Assembly: GCF_006345805.1 (NCBI RefSeq)
Contig: NC_042997.1
Span: forward strand, 20,770,001 to 20,834,000
Source of the DNA: Octopus sinensis
Taxonomy: Eukaryota
Length of the DNA stretch: 64,000 nt
Direction: 5' to 3'
Below the pieces are notes generated by a model. The model made no database searches, was not told the origin of the DNA, and worked only from the letters and a program-made list of their open reading frames with translations. Numbering within the stretch: position 1 is the stretch's first letter; each line of letters starts with the position of its first letter. The position numbers and the translations under genes are program-made. Of the stretch, positions 54,314 through 64,000 are shown piece by piece.

Positions 54314-54998
54314 ATTATCTAACTGTACTGACACTGAAAAGACAAAAAAAAAACACAATCAACCTCAGTGAGTTTAGAATTCAAAATATAAAGGATGTAA
54401 CTGAATGCCACATTGTATTTAATCCATTGCTTTGTTGTTTTTATCCTTTCATCATTCCATAGATCCAGAAAAACCCTGACTGCCAAGTACAAGAGCTTGT
54501 TGTGTTCTTTGGACTTAAGGTGAATGCAGGTCCTTACCATCATTCTCTCCCATCTTTTGTCAAATTTTTTGGCACACCTCATCTATCTTCACCTTCCTCT
54601 TCAAGTAGTACTCGGCCGAAGTACTTTGTGTTGGGCCAGGCTGAAGAGGAAAGTATCTTCATTAGTTTTTCCAATCCTTTTCACTAAATACTTCTGCTGA
54701 TCGTGATGGTGTTGATGTTTTGCCATCCCTGTTTCTTCAAGCAACAGAATTATTGCATAGACTCTCCTAGTGATTGCAACTGGAGATATTGGAAGCAGTG
54801 ACGTTGATATCAAAGTTGCTTCTATTTTATTTGATATTTCTGAATGGTGTTTGAATCATTTAAGTCTTAATCATCTCTTTTAACTTTTGTTATCGTCTCT
54901 GACAAATTAAAATTTTGATCTTGGTATTTGTGATAACCAACAACAGATGGTAATCTAGCAGCAATATCGCTTTCATATCACACACTACCACTTTACAT

Positions 54999-55316
54999 GC
55001 TGCTGCTGAGACCCGCTTCAGTCATGACTGACCATGGGATTGCACCTAGAAAGTTACCCTCCCGGCACAAGTCTGGGCAAGGTTGTTTATGAAAGACCAG
55101 CAGTCATCCATGCGTACTGGCCTGCCCTCTCCATGCCACCAGTGTTATCCAAGGGAAAGGCAAAGGCTGATACAGCTTGGTACCTGTGATGTCGCAATTA
55201 TTTCTACAGCTGAGTGAACTGGAGCAACGTGAAATAAAGTGTCTCGCTCACGAACACAACACGCAACCTGGTCCAGGATTCGAACTCGACGCTCTAACCA
55301 CTGAGCCATGCCCTTT
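54999..55316 (-). mobile_element. tRNA-derived SINE family D with perfect 16-bp TSD
   Basis: Minus-strand head with A box tggctcagtgg and B box gttcgaatcc, (CAG)n tail; cactaccactttacat at 54983-54998 and 55317-55332. Confidence 0.92.
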
Positions 55317-56864
55317 CACTACCACTTTACATAAAGAAAACTGAACCACAGAGTCTTACACCGCTGTAGTATAACTGGGTGGGGGACACAACCCATCCTG
55401 AAAAATGCTTTTATGGGGTCAGCCCTTATGGGTCTACTGTATAAGCCTGCATTGAGTATAAATTCCCATAATAGGGGTGGGGAAAACTTAAGGGCTATCT
55501 AGGTCACCACAGACTTTAATTATGTCACTTTACTATGTGCCTTATCCCAAATCTAGATTGTGTGCCTCTTCCATTTTTTACAATAGCCTCTGTGTTTTTC
55601 TCACATTTCACTCTTCAAATTTCTCTAGCTTTCACCTTCTGTGGTTACTTAACCAGTTAGAAATCTTCTTCTAACCAAATTTTACAGCCATATAAATATA
55701 CATTTCTAACCAAGATAATGTGGTCCTAGATACACGATACATTAAAAATTGCAGGATGGTAATTCCTAGAATATCTTTCATAATATATCTGCTTGTTTAG
55801 GGCCGAGCTGGAGTCAAATGATTCAGTAATGGCAGTAGATGAAAAACTAAAACCTATTCTATAGAAAGTAGTGTATGTTCAACGTGGATCCTTATCCTCC
55901 AAATTAATACCAGCAAAAATGTTAACAAAACTAAATCATCTTTCTCTGTACACATGGGCAGCATTTAAATATATTTTGCATGGCTATTGTAGCCATCAAC
56001 ACATGAAATAAATTGTGTTGCTACATATTTATATCTTAGAAGAAATCTCTATTGCATTTCCCTCTTTGTATGACCCATAACTTTTCTAGTAAATGATATA
56101 TTGAATATAGCTAGGCCATGTGTATAGAGACTAAATGACTTGTTGAGAAAAAAATCGCTCAAGCAAAAGAAAAAAATTTCTTTTCGTTTAGCAATCCTTA
56201 GCTTCTGTAGTTTCTGAAATAATGGAGCAGATATTTAAGAAAGCAATTAATCAAGTAACTAGATGAATGTAATGAAATTGCAACACCTAATTGCTTGGTA
56301 TATTATATATTGTTGTTGTTTAATACCAGGTCATCCTTGATTGAGTAAACCCTTGACTGAAGACATTTCAACAGTGATCAGTCTGTCTATTTTTTTTTCC
56401 CTGACCGAGCATCTCGGACTATAGTATCCAATATGTCCACAAGGGCCAGTGTTAAGCATGAGCTAATCGAAACAATCTCCTCAGGAACCACATAGATTCT
56501 GAACAACTTTGATAAAATTTCTTTGTCCAACTAAAGCTACAAAAATTACTAATAAAGTCAACAGTAATAAATGTGTGGGTGCCAAAAGGGTTGTGTCACA
56601 TTATGACATGCTAAATAATTTGGCATGAATCATTTCAAATTTTTCCAGAAAACAGATTTTGCTTAAAAATGTGTGATGACAAAACTGTAGATTTCTCAAT
56701 TGCAAGATATGTTATCATAAATGTTTGATTGCAATTTCCAGCTCTTGATAAGAAGGTATAACTGGAAGAAGTGATAGAAAAAGGAAGGAAAAGAACAAGA
56801 GCTAGAATTGGGAGAAGGATCTGGTTTAGGGCACTGAATATTCTGATGCTACCTGGTATTCTGT

Positions 56865-57170
56865 TTTATCATTTATCTTTTAGTTGTTTCAGTCATTAGA
56901 CTGTGGTCATTCCTTGAAGAATTTTACTCAAACAATTTCGCCCCAGTATTTTATTTTTCTAAGCCTGGTACTTACTCTATCGGTCTCTTTTGCTGAACCA
57001 CTAGGTTAAGGGATGTAAACACACACATATCTATACATACAATGGGTTTCTCAGGATTTGGTTGGCCTAAGGTTGTAGCAGAAGACACCTGCCAAAGGTA
57101 CCACACAATGGAACTGGACCTGGAACTATGTGAATGGCAAGCAAACTTCTTACCACATAATCATGCCGGC
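56865..57170 (-). mobile_element. SINE family C copy
   Basis: Reverse complement matches head and tail of 63077-63490. Confidence 0.75.
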
Positions 57171-59263
57171 AACTTACATTTTATGACAAAATAGAAAATT
57201 ATTAGTACATTTGGATGTTATGTCTAAGAGGTTAAGTGATGACTTGGTAGCTGTTCCCTAGATATACTGAATAGTAAGATTAGTAGTATAGGTGTACAGT
57301 GCTTCAAGATAACTAAATTATTTCCAGATTAAGCAGATTGGGATATTTGCTTTTATTGATGTAGTATGCAAATTCCCATTTCTTAATAATCTGTTTATGA
57401 AATGTAGAGGAGATTGAAGTAAAATAGAAGACTGGATTCTTCCCAATGTTTTTTTTCAGTTTCAGTGGTCCACTGAAAATTTCATTCCCTCATGCCTTCT
57501 CTTTTCTTTGCTTTTATTCAGTGTCAGTATGTTGTTTTAATCCCATAACAAATACATATATTAGATCTACAGTATATATTTAATTTTCTTAAATCATTAA
57601 CTTTATTCTCAATATCTGCCACTGTAAATTATTTTTGATAAGTTGTATGCAGTAAATTGAGTTCTCAGAAAAATCCACTGCAATTTCATTCCTCCCACTC
57701 CTTTTTTACTTCAGTTTTAATCCTGTTAGGTTCTTCAAAAACAAAAGTTTGAATAAGAATTCTTACATGGTTTAGATTTGTTGGTCTGAAAATGTGATTA
57801 TTTTACTTCTTTTCAAAACCAAATTCAATAAAATTAAAATATAGCTTTAAAATAATCCAAACAAGAGGTAAAACTTAATGATACTTCAGAACATACATGT
57901 TGGATTTATTTTATGTTCTATATGCTGGAATATTTCCTAACTTTCAAATTCAACAAATTTCATAGCCAACAAAGCTCTTTTCATTTCTTTCATCCATTTA
58001 ATGATGGCTTCTGACACTCAGTTTGATATGTTCCTGTTTGATGACGATAATGCCAGTGTGTGAATATTACTATAATGTTTGAGTCATTTTACAGAAGCAG
58101 CTCTTATCTCTTGTCTGTGGTGCTAATACTGAAGGCATCCTTTTAAGGAAATTACTCTTCAACTGTCCTGTGAGTTTTAATGTCATGGCAATGTTAGTGT
58201 CATTAATGCAATAAAATATTTTTATGGAAATTTTAGTTCCACTTCACACAAATTGATATAAAACAAATAATTGAAGTTATTCACTACATTATAAACTTGG
58301 GCATATTAACACCTGATAATTATAACATCACATCAAAGTTGGCATTTTTTGCTAAAAATCTTTGCATTCCTTCATATATTTGGAAGCACACAACCCTTCT
58401 GATGAATTTTGAAAAAACATGTTTCATCAAGTCATGACAGAATCACAATTTTTAGTAATATTTTTCTTTCTTTGTATAAATTTTATTTTATTTCTGATGC
58501 TTTTCTTAAATAGTTTTAGTTCCCTCTTTTGGTTTCTCCCAACATCAGCTTAAACTTTGGCCAAGTTTTAATAAAATCTCTCAATCTTTCTTTATCAGAC
58601 AGAAAAACACAATGTATTCTGAAAGTAATAAAATAAAGCTACATTTTCACATAGCTGTCTCTGACTTCCAACAGAGTTCCCAGAATTAAATCTTGATATT
58701 TTCTTCACAGAGATGGCTAAAAGCAATTGCTATCTGTTAATACCATGTAAGTAACTTCTTCAGAATAAGTAAAATTCTATTTTTGGTTAAAGCTGTGCTT
58801 CTAGGAATCATGTATTATACTGATTATAGTGTCTTTTTATGGCTAGGATTTAGTAGCAGCTTTTTGATTTATCAATCCATAGAAAGAATTTAATGGAGTT
58901 TCTTACGATATAGTAGAGTAGGCAATATGTAAATTAGGACAGAAAGCTAGTTCATATCATATTTCTTTATGGAAAATATGAACAGTCAAGACAGGATTAT
59001 TAAATATGAAATGAGGAGTTTCAGACAAAAGTGACCACTCAAGTCTGTAATGCTTCCTTTTTCTTTTACAGTTTTACATCTATTTTCCCTGAGTGGAATT
59101 GTTTCTGAAAATTTGGCTGGCATTGAGGCAACTGGATACACTTGATATTGGCAACCACCATTTAACCATGATACAAACTTGTTGTCTAGACAGACTGTAC
59201 ATTTTATATTTAAGATTCTAATACACTAGCTGAAGCAAGATCTAACCCTAACAGTCCAGCATT

Positions 59264-59838
59264 CATCATCATCGTTTAACGTCTGCTTTCCATGCTAGCA
59301 TGGGTTGGACGATTTTGACTGAGGGCTGGCGAACCAGATGGCTGCACCAGACTCCAATCTTGATATGGCAGAGTTTCTACAGCTGGATGCTCGTCCTACC
59401 ACCAACCACTCTGAGAGTGTAGTGGGTGCTTTTATGTGCCAACGGCACGGAGGCCAGTCAGGCGGTACTGGCAATGACCTCGCATGAATCTTTTTACACA
59501 TGCCACCAGCACAGATGCCAGTAAGGCGACACTGGTAACGATCAAACTCAAATGGTGCCTTTTACATGCCACTAGCATGGAAGCCAGTTAGCCGCTCTGG
59601 CAACGATCATGCTCGGATGGTGCTTTTGGTACCCTACTAACACAGATGCCAGTCATTGAATTTGATTTCACTTGCCTCAACAGGTCTTTGCAAGCAGATT
59701 TTTAGTGTCCAAAGAAGGAAAAGGTATGCATAAGTGGGCTGGTTACACTCCTGGCATAGGCCATGAGGTTATGGTCTCATTTGGCTTGCCGGGTCTTCTC
59801 AAGCACAGCATATTTCCAAAAGTCTCAGTCACTAGTCA
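59264..59838 (-). mobile_element. Long SINE-like family A copy
   Basis: (CAT)n start, multiple subrepeats, extra upstream segment (59670-59838). Confidence 0.88.
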
Positions 59839-60838
59839 TGCAGTTTGGGTTGACCAGTGTGTATCCAGAAGTTTCTTGGAATTATGGTTATCTTGCTACT
59901 AGATCTGATTTGCATATTTAAATTGATATTGTTCAGTTTAACTTAAAGTAAGATACTTTTTTGCCTTGTTATGTAAATACATTCGTTGCTGTTATGGAGT
60001 ATTTATCTACAATTGTTTTAACATGTTCTACCCTATTTTTATATATAAATTTACAAATTGCTGAAAAATTATTCTTTTTGTTCCATAATTTGCATTTAAT
60101 CTCAAATACTGCATATTTCCCATAAACATATTGCATGTTCATAATCACAGAATTTTCACAAAAAAAATTTCTTGATTTTCAACCAAATGATAAATATCAG
60201 AAACTCTTGGCTCTTCTTCATGAGAAATGTTAACTCTTCTAAAACCCAATATAATTTTTTGTTGTATGAAATCCGCACAAGTACTATGTAACACATCTCC
60301 CAACTGTAACTCTTGGATCTGCAGGATGTGTGATTTCTATTCTCAATGAGTCTCATCTGTATCAGTTCCCCTTCAGTTGGTTACCTTGACCAAATTTATT
60401 AAATTCAGACTCACAACAAGTAGATTTATCAAGATGTTTATAGGTTTAAAGGATTCCTAATGTAGTTACATAAATCTGGTTTGTTCTTCAATAACTGTCT
60501 TCATTTGGGATTTAATATTATATATTTTCATATCCTATATTTCACTGAAATATTCTTCATATGTGAAATTTTCAATAATGCTTTAATTCTAGCCCTTCAT
60601 AAAAATGATTGTTTTTTTTGAATGACTATAGTTATCATCATCATCTCTCCTGCTTCTTCACCATTTTTCCAGCAGTGAGTGTATAACACCATAGTCATAC
60701 TTCAGCAGAGCTAATGTCATGTTCACACATGAATAGGATTCTTTATATTCTGAAAGCCCAATTGTAACCTAAACATTAACTTGATTTTTAAAAAAGGGAA
60801 AAACACAGACTTTAAGACACTTTTATGTATAAGAAATA

Positions 60839-61090
60839 TTGGGTTGTCCGAAAAGTTTGTGCCGATTTATAGTAGCTTACCTTTCGACTTATTTTAGAAC
60901 ATGGTTGATGAATTCTTTGCCATGAAACCACATCAGTTCTGAGAAGAGGATATTTTCAAGTTAAAAGGAAGATGGAGATGCATTGTGCAACGAAATGGTT
61001 CATATTTGGTTGATTAAAAATGTAATGGCAAGTATTTATTGACCTTTTTCTTTCCTTTAAAAATCGGCATAAACTTTCCGGACAACCCAA
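60839..61090 (+). mobile_element. Internally deleted mariner element with 30-bp TIRs and TA TSD
   Basis: TA|ttgggttgtccgaaaagtttgtgccgattt ... aaatcggcataaactttccggacaacccaa|TA; the interior retains a transposase C-terminus EFFAMKPHQF*EEDIFKLKGRWRCIVQRNGSYLVD*. Confidence 0.93.
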
Positions 61091-61815
61091 TATATGCTAA
61101 GCCCCAGTAATGTAATCATATCTGAAATATATGTTAAAGTCTAGACACTGTACAAAATGGTTTGTTGCTATTTTTGTAGGAGGTTTAATGATTGTAAAAA
61201 GTGCATTGTTGTTTACACGTTAGAAATACAGGTAAAATTTAGACCAGCACTAACATATTCATAACATTTGAGGCACAAAAAATATTCAATTGTGATACCA
61301 GCCACGTTGTCATAATTTTATCGATTTGTTATGAACGTTTTTTAACTTTTAATGTGCTTTTTGCCAATCCTTTAATTATGCATACAACTTCAGCAGCAAC
61401 AAATTAACTTACAACACTTTATTATAAGGAGTAAAAGCAATAACTGGAGATTGTTTTCTTAAAGAATATTACTAGTTACAGTGTTCTTAAACATTTAGGT
61501 GAATTATGACTGTAAGCAATTCTCAGTATGTAAAAAATTCTTTCATTAGAATCTATATCTTTTATCTTTTATTTGTCTCAGTCATTAGACTACAGCCATG
61601 TTGGTACCATCTTGAAAGGTTTTGTTGAGCAAATCAATCTTTTTTTTTTAAAAGTCTGGTATTTCCTTTGTTATTCTCTACTGCTGAACTGCTAATTTAC
61701 AGGTTTGCAAGCAAACCAACCCTGGCTGTCAAGTGGTTTGGATATAGACATGCAAAAATACAAAGATGCACACAAATATATATATATATATATTATATAT
61801 ATATATATATATATA

Positions 61816-61991
61816 CCGGAGTAAACACATAAATGTGAATCAAGGTGGAAAAAAAGAGTACTCAAATACCAGTGGTAGAGTAATATGCTTTATTTAAAGC
61901 AGCAGAAAATTCTACAAAACCTGTCCGATGAACGGCAACGTGAAACTCAGAGTAACAGGTTTTGTAGAATTTTCTGCTGCTTTAAATAAAG
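61816..61991. mobile_element. Second fold-back mini-element (37-bp perfect arms plus tail) in (TA)n
   Basis: Arms 61888-61924 / 61955-61991; tail 61816-61887 is the near reverse complement of 16446-16517. Confidence 0.88.
61921..61958 (+). ncRNA. Minimal type I hammerhead ribozyme fold with variant core (CCGATGA)
   Basis: ctgt-CCGATGA-acg(gcaa)cgt-GAAA-ctcagag-TA-acag; predicted cleavage after 61954; stem I extendable to 37 bp. Confidence 0.72.
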
Positions 61992-62196
61992 TATATATAT
62001 ATATATATATATGCATGTACATCAGACTTCTACATAGGTTTTTTTCAACCAAATTCACTCTCAGAGCATTTGTTGGGCCATGGTTATATTAGAGTAAATG
62101 ACACAGGTGAAGATTAACCAAATGGACGTTGGGATACTGAATGACAAGCACAAAAATATTTTTAATGAATTAAAATTTTCCCTCTTAGTTGGAGAA

Positions 62197-62550
62197 TCAT
62201 CACCATCATTGTTTAACGTCTGTTTTCCATGCTATCATGGGTTGGACGGTTCAACCGGGGTCTGGGAAGCCAGGAGGCTGCACCAGGCTCCAGTCTGATC
62301 TGGCAGTGTTTCTACAGCTTGATGCCCTTCCTAATACCAACCACTCTGTGAGTGTAGAGGGTGCTTTTTACTTGCCACTGGCACAGGGGTCAGAGGAGGC
62401 TGGCAAACAGCCATGATCGGTTGGTGTTTTTATGTGTTACCGACACAGATGCCAGTCAGGCAGCTTGGCATCTGCCACGTTCGGATGGTGCTTTTTACGT
62501 GTCACTGGTATGGGTATCTTAATTACAATTTCCATTTGATTTTTATTTTG
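62197..62550 (-). mobile_element. SINE-like family A copy
   Basis: catcattgtttaacgtctgttttccatgc... Confidence 0.85.
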
Positions 62551-62589
62551 ATGTTGGTAACAAAAATCTTGCAGTAATTGTTAGTGACT

Positions 62590-62822
62590 CAAGCTGTAAA
62601 AACCCCATACCAAAACTGACCTCACCTGCTCTGGTGCTATGTAATCTGCACTCAGTCCACTCTGCAGAGAGGTTGGTGTTAGGAAGGACATCCAGCAGTA
62701 AAAACCATGCCAAAACAGACACTGAAGTCTGGTGCAGTCTTCTGCCTAGCTAGCTCCTGTCAAACTATCCAAACCATGCCAACATGGAAAGTGGACGTTA
62801 AATGATGAGGAGGAAGACGATG
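62590..62822 (+). mobile_element. Diverged SINE-like family A copy
   Basis: ttggtgttaggaaggacatccagc...catggaaagtggacgttaaatgatga. Confidence 0.75.
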
Positions 62823-63076
62823 TTGCATTAACTTTATTACAGGCAATGTTATGTGTTCACTTCACAGCATTTCTACATTCCTTCATTTTTGCACCAAATT
62901 CTCAATATTTACAGAATGCTTAAAAGTTTTCAAAATACTTCAGTACCTCTGGTATGAGACAATTTTCAAAACTTAACAATTTATCCTTTTTCATATACAA
63001 ACTTTTACATAGGACACAGTATCCAGTTTCTATATATATAATCAGTAAGCTGGATCATATACATAATATTAACTAG

Positions 63077-63490
63077 GTGTAGGAGTGGCTGTGTGGTAAG
63101 TAGCTTGCTTACAAACCACATGGTTCCGGGTTAAGTCCCATTGCATGGCACCTTGGGCAAGCGTCTTTTACTATAGCCTCGGGCTGGCCAAAACCTAGTG
63201 AGTGGATTTGGTAGACAGAAACCAAAAGAAGCCCGTCGTATATATGTATATATGTATATATACATATATGTATGTGTTTGTATATATTTTTGTTTGTCCC
63301 CCTAACATCGCTTGACAACCTATGCTGGTGTGTTTACGTCCCTTAACTTAGCGGTTCGGCAAAAGGAACTGATAGAATGAGTACTAGGCTTACAAAAAAT
63401 AAGTCCTGGGGTCGATTTGCTCGACTAAAGGTGGTGCTCCAGTATGGCCACAGTCACATGACTGAAAGCAGTAAAAGAGAGTAAAAGGGA
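63077..63490 (+). mobile_element. Full-length tRNA-headed SINE family C with CORE-like segment and internal microsatellite
   Basis: A box tggctgtgtgg, B-box-like gggttaagtccc, ccttgggcaag CORE-like motif, (TA/TG) linker, 3' gactgaaagcagtaaaagagagtaaaag tail. Confidence 0.88.
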
Positions 63491-64000
63491 AAAGAAGAGT
63501 ACTTCTCTGCACTATAACATTTTGCTGTTTAAATATTTGTGTCATTTATAAAGATTTTGAAGAATAAAATTCAAGCCACAGTGGTTTTCTTTAACCATAG
63601 AATAGAAAGGTGTTAATTTAATTTGATTGCTGTACAATATCCTGACATATTATTATTGTACGATATCATAATATATAAAAATAAAATATTATATCATCGT
63701 CGTCATCATCATCGTCATTGAAATCATCATCATCATCATCTCATCATCATTTAGCATTCATATTTCCTGCTGGCACAGTTAGGATAATTTTACAGGATCA
63801 TTTCTTTCTAGTTTTCACATGTCTTCTACATTCATGGCCCACATCTCATGTCCATGTAGCATTATTGTTTATTCTCTAGTACCATACAGTCTCTCTTTCA
63901 CATTGAGAGAAGAGCCTTTAGTTACTGGCAGAGGTAATAGCTCTCTGAATTTTCTCCATCTATTCATGATGTAGCAACCATACTTTCAACTAATTAGGTA

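Larger units (their letters stand above)
61555..62100 (-). mobile_element. SINE family C copy hosting the fold-back mini-element in its internal (TA)n
   Basis: tctcagtcattagactacagccatg...gctgaactgctaa on the left; caaccaaattcactc..agcattt..gggcc on the right. Confidence 0.65.

Noticed and set aside
55270-55316. tRNA gene
   Set aside because: A and B boxes are present but the anticodon arm is missing, and it forms the head of a TSD-flanked SINE.

Overview
AT-rich, repeat-dense metazoan genomic DNA. The SINE families and microsatellite load suggest a coleoid cephalopod, probably Octopus (inference from recalled repeat motifs, not a database match). No intact protein-coding gene could be established: almost all ORF-track entries are microsatellite or SINE translations, and only weak candidate exons are seen. 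The window holds decayed transposons: a Tc1/mariner (DD37D-like) transposase, an internally deleted mariner, R4/Dong-type RLE LINE fragments, a Penelope-like (PLE) RT body and GIY-YIG fragment, a probable Helitron end and a possible Polinton polB relic. It also holds at least four SINE-like families, several with clear target-site duplications. The most notable signal is a set of non-coding, (TA)n-embedded, head-to-head fold-back elements with minimal type I hammerhead ribozyme (HHR) folds. Two are ~180-200 bp minis with a variant CCGAYGA core (16323-16517, 61816-61991) and one is a 2.2 kb element with two inverted HHRs (30043-32270). Together with a pLTR-like element (28539-29648) and the PLE RT/GIY-YIG relics, they look like a microsatellite-targeting PLE system with ribozyme-bearing non-autonomous derivatives.
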